Assembly (NCBI RefSeq): GCF_009914755.1 | Contig: NC_060927.1 | Reading direction: 5' to 3' (one strand) | Origin: the human T2T-CHM13v2.0 reference genome, Homo sapiens | DNA length: 64,000 nucleotides | Shown here: positions 39,780 to 57,304 of the stretch, one piece after another | Numbering within the stretch: position 1 is the first letter of the stretch | How the letters are laid out: each line of letters opens with the position of its first letter | Notes under the pieces: generated by a model | What the model was told of the DNA's origin: nothing | What the model saw: only the letters and a program-made list of their open reading frames with translations | Databases searched by the model: none | Program-made: the position numbers and the translations under genes

Positions 39780-41139
39780 TTTGGAGTCATTAACAGATTG
39801 TAAATGATACAACTGTGTATTTTTATATTTTGAGGATTGTAATTTTAACAATAACTCCAAAAAGTAATCGTAGAACATTGGAGTTAAATATATATTTAAA
39901 ATTACCTGAAATTTGACCACCTAAACATAATCATTATGACATTGTTTTAGGACCATAGTACATATATAGGGCTTAGCACTCAGTAAATGCTCAATAATTT
40001 TTTTTTGTATTTGAATGCTGAGTGAACACAAATAGTATATGTAATCGCTTATAAAAATATGTTGATATTCATCTTTGAACTTGCACAGATTAGTTCTTTT
40101 ATAAACATTTCCTTTATCAAGCTTGATTAAAATGTAAAACAAACCAAACAAGATGTGCACTGCAATATTTTACAAATTGTTATCCTCTGATGGGAATTCA
40201 CACTTTCTCATTCTATTTGTATGATGCCATTTTAATTACATGTCACTGCCTAAGCAATGGGTGCGTGAGTGATTAAGCCTACAGGAACACTTGGCAGTGA
40301 TGGGGGGAGGGCAGAAGGAGATTCTCAATTTATTATGACTCACTCAGGCATTAAACATGACATTCCTGGACAAGGACTATATTATCGTCAACTTGTCACA
40401 AGCACTAATTCCTGATCTATCACAGGAGTTTTCTTGACAAGCCACTTGGGAAAAAAATAACTCTATTCAGAAGGTCAACAGTTTAATTTAGAGAAAGGTG
40501 AAGCAATGGAGAGTGGTTCATGCTGAAAAGTCCGACCTGGCTCTTGAATCTTGTGATACAGAGAATATCTAATGGTAGAAAAGAGGGAGTAAGAAAAATT
40601 CAGAAACATCCTCGGTATAAATAAGCATCCATCATTTGGGTGTACCTTAAGCTATGTTCTGGAAGTTTTCAGGGGAACACTTTATTTTTCAATGCTATTT
40701 GGTAAGCTATTGCAACCTTCCCAATACATTAAGAAAGTAGTATATTTTTTCTTTTTTTTTTTTCCTGGGCAAAAGTTTATATGTGTTTTCCTTATATGGG
40801 CAATACCCTTGGAATTAATTTTCTTATTTTTCATAGTGAATCTAACGTATTTAAGCTAAAATGAAATTAGTAGAGAGTAAAGGAAAAAAACCCTCTTAAA
40901 GTCATTAGCTTTTTGTGAATAACAAAAAGGAAGGTCCATGTAGGGTGCCATGAAGTACTTGCTAAGAGAAGGATAAACCATCATATATGCAAAGAAATAT
41001 GTCTGTAAGTCTCATGTTGTGGACTGAATGGAGGGGAAAAAAGAAAGGGAAATATAGTGAAAGATAGTCAAAGGACTGTCTTTCACACAGACACTTAACA
41101 TAGTGAAAGAAAGGAATACGTATGAATGTGTGAGAAAAA

Positions 41140-41345
41140 TATATGGGTCTAAACTGAGCTCTACTATTTACCAGCTTTGTAACTCAGGACATCTTTGTAT
41201 TTAATTTCCCTTAACCATAATATGTGGTTAGTAATAGTGACTGCCACATAGTTATTTTAGGGATCCAATGAGTTAATATATTTAAACTGCTAAGATCTTT
41301 AAATGAATAATTGAATCATAATAAAAGTTCAATAAATGTTACCTT
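41140..41345 (+). mobile_element. MIR SINE
   Basis: gctctactatttaccagctttgtaactcagg..gtaatagtg..cacatagttattttagggatccaatgagttaata..tcaataaatgtta. Confidence 0.75.
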
Positions 41346-41464
41346 TAAATTGCATGTTTTGACATGACTAACAGGAGTTGGGAGATAAATAAAGTATGAA
41401 AACCAAGAGACATCTGTAATATAAGTAAAATCCCAGTAGTCTAGTACATTCGCGTTAACCTCTT

Positions 41465-41510
41465 CAAACAAAACAAACAAAACAAAACAAAACAAAACAA
41501 AAACAAAAGA
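41465..41510. repeat. (CAAAA)n simple repeat
   Basis: seen directly. Confidence 0.9.
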
Positions 41511-41699
41511 AAGCTTTTATACTTCCATACCACAAAGAGACATCTGCAGGAGTCAGTGTATACCCATTTTAGATATCTCTCTCTGATTAATCAGCAAAGC
41601 TCCCAGGTTTAGTTTGGTCTCAGAGAAATAGAAATCTTTCCAGATGGTTTAGAATGCCATGTCACTGCTTGATCACTTGAGTCTTATGATTGACTAGAC

Positions 41700-42595
41700 G
41701 TTAGAGTTATCAAGCAAATCCATGTGCTACTTTGAATCTGTGGTAAAACCAGATAAGAGAATTACTGAGGAGGTCTCTGTGATTTTAAGACTGCTTATCT
41801 TTTTTGATAGATTCATTTTTGGGGAAAATTCACCTTATTCTACTGCATTCCAATGAAGACCAAATGCCTGACCACAGCTCAAGCAGTGACCATGCACACC
41901 AAGGTCTCTTGTTAAGGAAGATGTCCATCATGACCTAATTGTTATTGCATCTACCCAGTGGAAGTTTAAGAGTATCTTTCAGCATTTCAACATTGAGTAG
42001 TATATATGGGACCAAGATTGCATAAACTATGAAGTTAGACATAAGGGATTATACTAGTTCTTATATAGAATGCAAACTCCTTAGCCAGATGATAGAGGGC
42101 TTGAAATTAATAATTTGGGGCAGAAGTTTTTGAAAGGGTTGTGGGTGTGAGCACTTTGGAATAAATCCAGAATGAAAAATGTGAATATTTACCCAAATAT
42201 CATCTCCATAAAGAGTCTCAAATCAAGTGGGCGGAGTAACCTATTCCACAGAGAACATCCATCTTCTTCCTTCTGTAAACCTGGTGCTCACTCAATGGCC
42301 TAATAAACAATGAGAACTTGAAGTCATTCTTTGTTAAAATAGCCTGCATTTCCCACTTGGCTATCATCACTGAGGAGTGTCCAATTTATCAGAAACTATG
42401 AGCCCCTGCTATGGCTTATAAACGGTGGGGACTAGACAGTTTCTTAGTGGTGGTTTTATGATGTGGGTACCTTCTGTCATGAAACCGTCAGCATCATAAA
42501 TTATTATTCTGAATTTGGATTACATTTACCTCCTTGTCATCCTTCTTTCAACTTCATCATCAGTGGGTTTTTGAGTCTTCATTTTGACATCATGT
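41700..42595 (+). mobile_element. decayed ERVL pol fragment (RNase H to integrase)
   Basis: LPSVNLVLTQWPNKQ (~42267-42311, cf LSPATPVIAQWAHEQ), LAIITEECPIYQK (~42357-42395, cf DLATATAECPICQQ zinc-binding region), YSEFGL (~42505-42522, cf YSGYGF); left boundary uncertain. Confidence 0.7.
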
Positions 42596-42664
42596 ATGTG
42601 TATATATTTTAAATTATTAAATTCATAAACTATATTTTCAACCAACCACAAACCCTTGGCTGCT

Positions 42665-42703
42665 AAGACATTTCCTCATTTATCAAGACATTTCCTCATT
42701 TAT
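42665..42703. repeat. 20-bp-period tandem duplication
   Basis: aagacatttcctcatttat twice. Confidence 0.95.
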
Positions 42704-42860
42704 TGCCAAATTTTTGCCTGATAAAATACACAGGTAGATTATGATGTTTCAGTTCTGCCTAAAGAAATGTTAAAACCACAAAGAAGATACTCAGATGAAA
42801 AGAGATAAATTCATCCCGTCATCTATATTTCTATATATCAAAATATTAAGTGTGATGTCA

Positions 42861-43196
<336 letters not shown>

Positions 43197-43849
43197 GGAA
43201 AAATTTGATTTTTAATGGTACATTTGTTGTCATAGGTACATAGATACTTAACATAATTTAGACTGTGTTAGCTGGGCTAATGATAAATTACATATGCTAT
43301 ACATAATATTTTACCCTAGAAATTAGTTCTCAAATGCAACGTACATAAAGACACCTGTTTACCTGTTCTTTTTAACTCTGTGGCACGATTTAAAAATGTA
43401 ATACAATTTTTCATGCTCTGATTTCCCAAACATGCCTGTCCTTGAATGTCACTTTCTAAATGATGATTTAGGAAACAAACACAGTCTTCCACAATAAAAA
43501 GGTGTTGAAGAAGTGATTTTTGCCCATGTTACTTCAAAGCAAAATTGACTAGTTGCAGGACAATGAATATTACTGCTCAGTGAAGCCACTATTGAACACG
43601 ATACATCAAAAGCCCAACATATTTCTTTTCAGTCAATGTCTACCCTCCAGTATAGACATTTATAGTATAGGTCATTTATAGACCTATTTAGGGGATTTAT
43701 AGTTTGGCCAAAGCTCATCTCTGTGAAAGAGATTATTTTTAGCAAAAAAAGGCCATGTTTGTATAATAATCTCAAATGTGATATATACCTTCTGAAGTCA
43801 CATTTGTATATGAACTTGGAGTTATCAGTTTATGTCTGATAATTTTAGA

Positions 43850-44260
43850 TGCATAAAACTAAAGAATTATTAGATTGAAATGGACCTTACACGTCACAGA
43901 TTCCTTTGGCCGGCTTGCTATTTGAACTCTTTCTATACCACCTTTGTGAACTAATTTGTCTATGCTGTGACTCTTCTAGTTGATTAATCAATTGCCTAGG
44001 CAACCTCTCCTATTTTGGAATATTTAAGTATTTGTTTTTATTTTTAACTGGATGGAAATTTCTCTTTCTATAATTTCCATTTATTAGTCCTAATTCTTCC
44101 TTCCTCTATATAAAATTGCTTCAGATATTTGAAAATTGTTGCTATGTTCTTCTAAGTATTCTCTTTTCAAAATTAATGTTTTGGGTTCTCCAACTTTTTC
44201 TATTATATTGACTCAATGAATACATTATTCCTTGATCACTTGACATTTTTATTTCTCTCT
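43850..44260 (-). mobile_element. L3/CR1 LINE 3' fragment
   Basis: agaattattagattgaaatggaccttac, aatttccatttattagtcctaattct, cttcagatatttgaa..gctatg..ttctcttttcaaaattaa. Confidence 0.6.
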
Positions 44261-45710
44261 TTTGGAGATTTTGTTGTATTTTATTCCTAAAGCCACAGAT
44301 AACTAGATTTAAAAAGAACAATTTATTTTATCATGTGGTATACACATGTAAATCTGGATGCTTAGGGTTTTGTGGACCAGTATTCTATGTAGTGGAAAGG
44401 ATTCTTCACTTTCTTCTTATTTTATGAATGCTATAATGTTATGCCATGTATTATAATTATGTGAATATATCTATGCCCCTTAGTTCCTTTCTCAATACTA
44501 TTACCTCATGACAAGTTCCAGGAGAAAGGAGATCAGGAATATTTATTATATTTTTTTCCTGAATAGTAGGCTCCTGAGTCTCTTTCAAAAGAAGGTTTTA
44601 GAGGAGCCATATTTTGTAACATAAAATCAACCTGGAAAAAACCCCAAGTATATCTTACACAGGAAACCTTATCTACATGCTCTATTTGAAGTGAACAATG
44701 TAACTTTAAAGGCCTCATTTGGAATGGATGCTTCAAGGAAATCTAGAGCAGAAAGAGTCAGGGTCTCTATTGAATGTAACTCCATTTTGTTTTTTTTTTA
44801 AAGAAAATCCCAGATGTCACCACTATGCAATAGATTTAGGAAAAAAAAAAGCACCAGTATTTCATAAATTTATACAAATAAAAAAAGAAGTGTTATCATG
44901 GCAAAATAAACACGAACATGTGTTCCAAATCTTATGAGTATGAACCAAAATTACCAATAGGAGAAAGAAAGACTAATGAATTTCAAGTTTAGATTTGTCA
45001 CCTTACTTCTTACCCTCATGCTCATCACTCTCAAATACTTTTTGACAAACAAGGGCATTTTTAAAATAACCATTTTATCAACATCAAATCAGAGCATTAA
45101 TATTGATACATTCCTACTATTTAATTATTGGACCTTAGACGTTATACTAATAGTCTCAGTGATGTACTTTACGGAAAATTGATCCACAGCTAAATCACAC
45201 ATTACAATGAATGCTTGTGTCAAAGTCTGGAAATACTTCCAGGCTTTCCCTGACTTTCCTCATGTTGACACTTTTAAATCTACCATAAAATGCTCCTCAG
45301 TTTGGGTTTGTATTATATTTCCTTGTAATCACAAGATTCAGGATATTCATCTCTGGCAGGAATAATCATAGAAAGTATGTTGGGCATTCCTTATCTGCAT
45401 CCTATCACGTGGCACACAATTCTGATTTGTTTGATTGGATATAATGTTCTGTTTAATTATTTGATTAAAATGGTATGTATCAGCCTTGTCCAATGTAAAT
45501 TGCTGTTTCCCTTTGTGACTGATATGTATGTTGATGTTAGTTACCTTGGATCCATGCAAATATTCCATTTATTAGAAATTTTAATTAATTAATTATTTAA
45601 TATCAGTATGAATTTATGATTTTCTATTTTGTTCAGGTGATTTCACCAGTTACTATGTGCATTTATTTTCTTGTTTTTATTGCATCTGATACAATTAATA
45701 GTAGCTCTTT

Positions 45711-46006
<296 letters not shown>

Positions 46007-46062
46007 AGTAGTAGCTCTTTCAAGCCAAAATTGGTTTCCTTTTAACATGACCTGACTGTTTT

Positions 46063-46139
46063 GTGGGGTTTTTTTTTTAAGCAAGTCTATTAGAGAAGTA
46101 AAGAAACAAAAGAATAACTACTCGTTAGGTAGAGCAGTG
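46063..46139 (-). pseudogene. ERV1 LTR (MER41/MER4-group) R-region processed retrocopy with 16-bp TSD
   Basis: minus strand reads cactgctctacctaacgagtagttattcttttgtttctttacttctctaatagacttgctt then A10; TSD atgacct(g/c)actgtttt at 46047-46062 and 46140-46155. Confidence 0.8.
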
Positions 46140-47782
46140 ATGACCTCACTGTTTTTTGAGCACATTTTTGCTTTTTGATACTAGCAGATATTCCAGTTTC
46201 CTCTTGTATTTTCTGCGCCTTAGCCCTAGAATCCAGCATCTCTTCAAGGAGTACTTGCTCCTTTTAGTGAAAATTGTATTTAGAAGCCAACACTCAGCAC
46301 CAGGTATGCTCTTTGTTATCAAGATTATGCTGCTCACAGATGATCTCAGTGGAGAGTTAGAGCATAAATACATGCATACACGTATATACATATATACATA
46401 CTTAAGTGTAAGCATACACTATATGTATTTATTTATATATAAATACAAATGTGTATAACATATATACCTTTACATTATATTTATTTTTTCTACTTGTCTG
46501 TCTGTCAAAAACATTGAGTTCACAATATCTCCAATTCTAATCCAACCATGCAAGGTTCATTCTAATTTTCTTCCTCTTCTTATTATAACTAACTTCCTCC
46601 TCTCACAGTGACAAACCTGTTTCTATTATACTTAGAATATTAATACTTTAATTAATTCTTCTGTATGTAACCAATCTCCCATCTCCACTACCACACCCTT
46701 CCCAAAACGGATGCCCTCCTCACTCTAGGGCTCTGACATCCATATGGCACCGCCCAGGCAGACAGTCTCCTTCCCCTGCTTGGGCTCCAAAACCCCACAC
46801 TGGACTGCTCTCCCTGTATGGAAGTGGCCCTTTCATGATGAGTTGTGTGTACTCATTTTTTCAGAATGCTCAGGCTCTGCAAACCTGCACCAGGTCTCCT
46901 CCTTAGGGGAATATCCTCTTCATTCACTGTTCTTGGGTTCTAACACTGCAATGGGCAGGCCCACCCCCATCCCTTCCATGTGGTTGTGCTCCTCCTCCAG
47001 TCATAAACAGACACCGGATGCCAGGTTGTGGGTACCTCTTTGTCCTGGTTGAGCTATGACTCCCGAGGCCAGGCTGATCCTTGCTCCCACATGGATGCAC
47101 TCCTCACCCTGCTTAAGTGTTGACATTCACAGCAGGCTGACCTCTCTATGAATGCCCTCCTTTTTCTGCTTGCACTCTAACATCCTATGCCAGATTTGGC
47201 CTTGCTATGATGCCTTCTCTCTCCACCCAGGCTCTGACATGCCATGGATTGAATTCTTACACTCCCTTTATTGTCTCCTTTCTTCCTCAACTCAGCTTGG
47301 CTCTATAGCTATGCTGACTAACCCCTGTGTGATGTTCTCTTCTCCCTGCTCAGGCTCTGGTGCCCTAAGCCAGGCAGCCCCATCACACTGCTTGGGATTA
47401 AAACACAAGGCCACTGTGGCTTCTACTCCCCACTCTCATATGCTTTAGTGCCTAGTTTTCTTTGCTCATCTAATTGCTTTAGAACTGAGTTGTTCAGGAA
47501 AGAAAGGGAAGAGGAAGAGGGAGAGAAAACTCTAAAAGAGATTTCTTATTTAGAAGAATTTAATTAGTAGCCTATATGTAAAACTGACTGCATTTCTCTT
47601 CTTCCATACAGAATTTATTTATCATTCTATTCCATTCCACTTTCATTCCCTAAAAATGTAAAAAATGTACAAGCTTTGAAATGCTGAAAAACTTAACATG
47701 AATAGGATCTTGATAGGAGGAGTTGGAGTCTTTCTGAAATGCTGTGTTTTCCAGTTTTCTATTGTTTGATATCAGGCTGCCT

Positions 47783-47829
47783 ACACAAACACACACACAC
47801 ACACAAAGACACACACACACACACACACA
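47783..47829. repeat. interrupted (CA)n microsatellite
   Basis: seen directly. Confidence 0.95.
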
Positions 47830-48222
47830 GATTTTCTCTTTTGGTATCAGTAAAAGTGTTAAATTGGACATATGCGTATTTCTAAGCAAATAGACTCTGG
47901 AAAGGTAAAATTTTATAAAAAGTCCCTATGCTATTAACAGTTCAACTGTTCATGCAGAGAACATGGCTAAACTAAGATGTACTTCTGCATTTTTGCATTT
48001 TAAGGCAAAATCAAATCTTGTGCTCAGAAAATAAAGAATCTGTTCATGTTGACACACATTTGCAGTGTTAATGTTTTCAGTCTGGCTTCAGTTTTTTACT
48101 GTATACCTATTACGCTATTGTTTTCTAGTCAATTGAAAAAAAAAAAAAGGTACCTGAATGTAGACCAAAGAGGGACCTTGATGTACAAAAGAAATTGTTT
48201 CCAAGCTATCTGACTGCCAGAG

Positions 48223-48930
48223 CCTTTTTCTTCCCCTCCTCACTCCTGTCCTTGCCTCCTTTTTTACTTCTTTATTTTCCTTTTTGTTTTCTTGCCTTCC
48301 CTTCTTTCTTTCTTTTTCTTTTCTACTAATTTTTCTTTATTTCCACATCCCTCCTTCCCTCGCTCCCTCTCCCTCTCTCTTCCTCTCTCCTTCTCTTTCT
48401 TCCTCTTTTTCTCTGTCTATGCTGGGTGATCTTTGCTTCTTTCTTCTTTCTCCCTCCCTTCCCTCTTCTTCTGCCTTCTTTCCTCTCTTTCCTTTCTTCT
48501 TTCTTTCTGTCTATTCATCCTTCCTTCCTTCTTTCTTTTTCTATCTCCTGGTTAACTTTTCTTTTTTATTCCCCATTCCTTTTTTCCTTCCTTCCTTCCC
48601 TCCTTCCTTCCTTCCTGCCTTCCTTCCTCCCTTTCTCCCTTCTTTTTTCCATCTTCTCTTTCTTTCTCTCTTTCTTTCTTTTTCTTTCTTCCCTCCCTCC
48701 CTCCCTCCCTTCCTTCTTCCTTCCTTCCTTCCTTCCTTCCTCTCTTTCTCTCTTCTTTTTTCCCTCTTCTCTTTCTTTCTTCTTTTTTTTCTTTTCTTTT
48801 TCTTTCCTCCCTCCCTCCTTCCTTCCTTCCTTCCTTTCTTCCTCCCTTCCTCTCTTTCTTTTCCTATCTTTCCAGTTGATCTTTATTCTATATTTCTCTC
48901 TTCCTTTCTTTCCTTCTCCTTTACTCTTTC
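48223..48930. repeat. ~700-bp CT-rich low-complexity tract ((TTCC)n/(TTTC)n/(CCCT)n)
   Basis: almost entirely pyrimidines on the + strand. Confidence 0.95.
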
Positions 48931-49562
48931 ATGCCTTGATTTCACTTTTCAGTCTCCATTAGTTGACTGATTTATTGATAATGTGAAATTAGAATTTATA
49001 GAGATTTAGCAGTGTCCTTCATGGAATAAAGGTTTCTGAGCCAATTTCATCTGTTTCCCAGAAAGCTGAGAAGGAAGTAGGTAATTAATAATGCAGAAAT
49101 ACAACAGGCTATGCCTATATTTTAAAAACACATATGGACAGGTCAGTGAATTCAGTCAAAACTGTCTTTAATCATCCAGGTGCTTGATTCACATAATGTT
49201 AAATACACAGGAAAGTTGAACACTACATTGGTTAAATATATTAATGCTACATGTAGACATAATTATTGGTGAATATTTCATTAAATCATTGGATTTGACC
49301 AGAGATTTTGATGATGGACAATTTATGTTTTTTGTATGTAAGATTTTTCATGTATTTTAATGAAGAAGTCTTATATATGCCTCAATATATAAATGTGTAT
49401 CTTGGCAATATATACAATATTTATAATTAAGATCAGGAGTTGGTTTTCAAGATTTTTTTGTAATCTGAACTTTTGGTCCATTTAAATTTTATAAGGTTGC
49501 ATTTTCTTCTATGTAACACCAAGCAAGATATGACTATGCTTACACAGCATCATAATTTTTAA

Positions 49563-49925
<363 letters not shown>

Positions 49926-50199
49926 TAATGGTAGCAGAATGACTATTCTCATTTTTATATGTGCAAATAAAAAGTAAGTATGAGACCAAATTATAAAAGT
50001 GAAAATAGTGTCCATGCATTATTCAGGGTAATACAACTAGTATATGGTGGAGATGGAATTCTTATCCAATTCTGTCTAACTTAAATTGTGGCATCTTAGC
50101 TAATAAAGTAGATGAATTTTGAACAAGTTGCCTCATCTTCCCATTTAGCTACACATTTGAAGTATGTGTGCAGTATGTGTGTGTATATATAAGTGAATG

Positions 50200-50810
50200 T
50201 ATGTGAATGGCTTCAAAATTAAAATAGATTTATTATTGATGATTAACATGATGTGTGCTTTTTGTATAAACTTCTAACAATACACAAAAGTTGTAGGTGT
50301 AGTAAAACTTAACGAGTCAGACAAAACTACAACTGACATGTTGATGGAAAACTTTATAGATTTCAATTGTATTTCACATATATAAATATTAATGTGTAAT
50401 TTTATATTATCAGGATCATTCTATGCATTCTTTTCTGTAACCACAGAAAATATATTATGACTGTATATAGTTTTTATAATGGTTGTACAAAATTATATTT
50501 CAGAGAAATACTTAATTTATTAAACTATTTATGGATAATATCTAGGTTGTTTATAATTTTATAACCTTTTTTATACTCTAGAGGAAATTTTTGCTAAATA
50601 TTTTATTCATGTGAAAGAATATTTATTATATAGTTAAGTGAAAGATACAGTAGACTGAATATCTACAGAGCCTGTTCCCAACTTATGGAAATTCTAGCCA
50701 ATAAATTGAAATTTTTTGCATGTTCATTCCCAATGGTACATGTCTTTTGTGATCTGGAAAGTTTATCTTATTTTTTAATTACTTTATGGTTTGATTGTAT
50801 ATGTATTTAT
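50200..50810 (-). mobile_element. old L1ME-like 3' fragment
   Basis: gatcattctatgcattcttttctgtaac, aatttattaaact..atggata..taggttgttt, ttttttgcatgttcatt. Confidence 0.45.
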
Positions 50811-50829
50811 CTTTAAGATACAAATTGTT

Positions 50830-51128
50830 GGCCAGGTGCGGTGGCTCATGCCTATAATTCCAGCACTTTGGGAGGCTGAGGCAGGCAGATCAAGAGGTCA
50901 GGAATTTGAGACCAGCCTGACCACTATGGTGAAACCCCATCTCTACTAAAAATGAAAAAAATAGCTGGGCATGGTGGCACACCCCTGTAATCCCAGCTAC
51001 TCAGGAGGCTGAGGCAGGAGAATCACTTGAACCAAGGAGACGGAGGTTGCAGTGGGCCAAGATCACACCACTGCACTCCAGCCTGGGTGACAGAGCAAGA
51101 CTCTGCCTCAAAAAAAAAAAAAAAAAAA
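50830..51128 (+). mobile_element. Alu (AluSg-like), perfect 15-bp TSD
   Basis: gatcaagaggtcagga; TSD aagatacaaattgtt at 50815-50829 and 51129-51143. Confidence 0.96.
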
Positions 51129-51149
51129 AAGATACAAATTGTTCATTGT

Positions 51150-52179
51150 GCTGTTCCAAGATGGCCGAATAGGAACAGTTCCAGTCTGCAGCTCCCAGCG
51201 TGATCGACGCAGAAGACAGGTGATTTCTGCATTTCCAACTGAGGTACCTGGTTCATCTCATTCGGGCTGGTTGGAAAGTGGGTGCAGCCCACAGAGGATG
51301 AGCTGAAGCAGGGTGGGGCACCACCTCACCCAGGAAGCACAAGGGGTTGGGGGATTTCCTTTTCCTAGCCAATGGAAGCTGTGACAGACTGTACCGGGAA
51401 AATTGGGACACTGCCACATAAACACTGCACTTTTCCAACAGTCTTAGCAAATGGCACACCAGAAGATTATATCCCAAGGCTGGCTTGGTGGGTCCCATGC
51501 CCACGGAGCCTTGCTCACTGCTAGTCTGAGATCAAACTGCAAGGTGGCAAGCCTGCCTGGGGGAGGGGCATCGGCCATTGCTGAGGCTTGAGTAGGTAAA
51601 CAAAGTGGCTGGGAAGCTCAAACTGGGTGGAGCCCACCACAGCTCAATGAGGCCTGCCTGCCTCTGTAGACTTCACCTCTTGGGGCAGGGCATAGCTGAA
51701 CAAAAGGCAGGAGAAACTTCTGCAGACTTAAATTTCTCTGTCTGACAGCTCTGAAGAGAGCAGTGGTTCTCCCAGCATGGTGTTTGAGCTCTGAGAATGG
51801 ACAGACCACCTCCTCAAGTGGGTCCCTGACCCCCATGTAGCCTAACTTGGAGACACCTCCCAGTAGGGGATGACTGACACCTCATACAGCCAGGTGCCCC
51901 TCTGAGACGAAGCTTCCAGAGGAAGGATCAGGCAGCAATATTTGCTTTTCTGCAATATTTGCTGTTCTGCAGCCTCTGCTGGTGATACCCAGGCAAACAG
52001 GGTCTGGAATGGGCCTCCAGCAAACTCCAACAGACCTGCAGCTGAGAGACCTGACTGTTAGAATGAAAACTAACAAACAGAAAGGAATAGCATCATCAAC
52101 AACAAAAAGGACATCTACACCAAAACCCCATCTGTAGGTCATCATCATCAAAGACCAAAGGTAGATAAAACCACACAAG
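51150..52179 (+). promoter_or_regulatory. L1 5'UTR internal promoter region, YY1 motif aagatggcc near 51158
   Basis: canonical L1 5' YY1 site present; most CpGs appear decayed, so activity is unknown. Confidence 0.7.
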
Positions 52180-53204
52180 ATGAGGAAAAGCCAGAGCAGA
52201 AAAGCTGAAAATTCTAAAAACAGGAGCACTCTTTCTCCTTCAAAGGATTGCAGCTCCTTGCCAGAAATGGAACAAAGAAGGACAGAGAATAACTTTGACG
52301 AGTTGACAGAAGTAGGCTTCAGAAAGGCAGTAATTACAAACTTCTCCAAGCTAAAGGAGGATGTTTGAAACCATTGCAAGGAAGCTAAAAACCTTGAAAA
52401 AAGATTAGATGAATGGCTAACTAGAATAAACAGTGTAGAGAAGACCTAAAATGACCTGATGGAGCTGAAAACCATGACATGAGAACTACGTGATGCATGA
52501 ACAAGCTTCAGTAGCCAATTCGATCAAGTGGAAGAAAGGGTATCAGAGATTGAAGATCAAATTAATGAAATGAAGTGAGAAGAGAACTTTAGAGAAAAGA
52601 GAGCAAAAAGGAATGAACAAAGCCTCCAAGAAATATGGGACTATGTGAAAAGACCAAGTCTACATTTAATTGGTGCACCTGAAATTGACGGGGAGAATGG
52701 AACCAAGCTGGAATAAACTCTTCAGGATATTATCCAGGAGAACTTCCCCAACCTAGCAAGGCAGGCCAAGATTCCAATTCAGGAAATACAGGGAACACTA
52801 CAAAGATACTCCTCAAGAAGAGCAAGCCCAAGACACACAATTGTCAGATTTACCAAGGTTGAAATGAAGGAAAAAATGCTAAGGAAAGCCAGAGAGAAAG
52901 GTCAGGCTACCCACAAAGAGAAGCCCATCAGACTAACAGTGGATCTCTTGGTAGAAACCCTACAAGCCAGAAGAGAGTGGGGGCCAATATTCAACATTCT
53001 TAAAGAAAAGAATTTCCAACCAGAATTTCATATCCAGCCAAACTAAGCTTCATAAGCGAAGGAGAAATAAAATCCTTTACAGACAAGCAAATGCTGAGAG
53101 ATTTCGTCACCACCAGACCTGCCTTACAAGAGCTCCTGAAGGAAGCACTAAACATGGAAAGGAACAACCAGTACCAGCCACTGGAAAAACATGCCAAATT
53201 GTAA
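52180..53204 (+). pseudogene. L1 ORF1 (RNA-binding chaperone), disrupted
   Basis: MRKSQSRKAENSKN start; MKEKMLRKAREKGQ..KPIRLTVDL..ETLQARREWGPIFNILKEKNFQP; multiple stops and frameshifts. Confidence 0.92.
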
Positions 53205-53267
53205 AGACCATCGATGCTAGGAAGAAACTGCATCAACTAATGGGCAAAATAACCAGCTAACATCAAA

Positions 53268-57088
<3,821 letters not shown>

Positions 57089-57304
57089 ACAATGAGAACA
57101 CTTGAACACAGGGTGGGAACTTCACACACCAGGGCCTATCATAGGGTTGGGGGGATAGGGGAGGGATAGCATTAGAAGAAATACCTAATGTAAATGACAA
57201 GTTAATGGGTGCAGCAAACCAATGCAGCACATGTATACATATGTAACAAACCTGCATCCTGTCCACATGTATCACAGAACTTAAAGTATAGTAAGAAAAG
57301 GAAA

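Noticed and set aside
46690-47420. CRISPR-like repeat-spacer array
   Set aside because: Units are degenerate tandem copies with no unique spacers, the context is mammalian L1, and there are no cas-like genes.
48284-48970. 228-aa and 178-aa F/L/S/P-rich ORFs that look like membrane proteins
   Set aside because: Artefacts of a pyrimidine-only tract, in which stop codons are nearly impossible.
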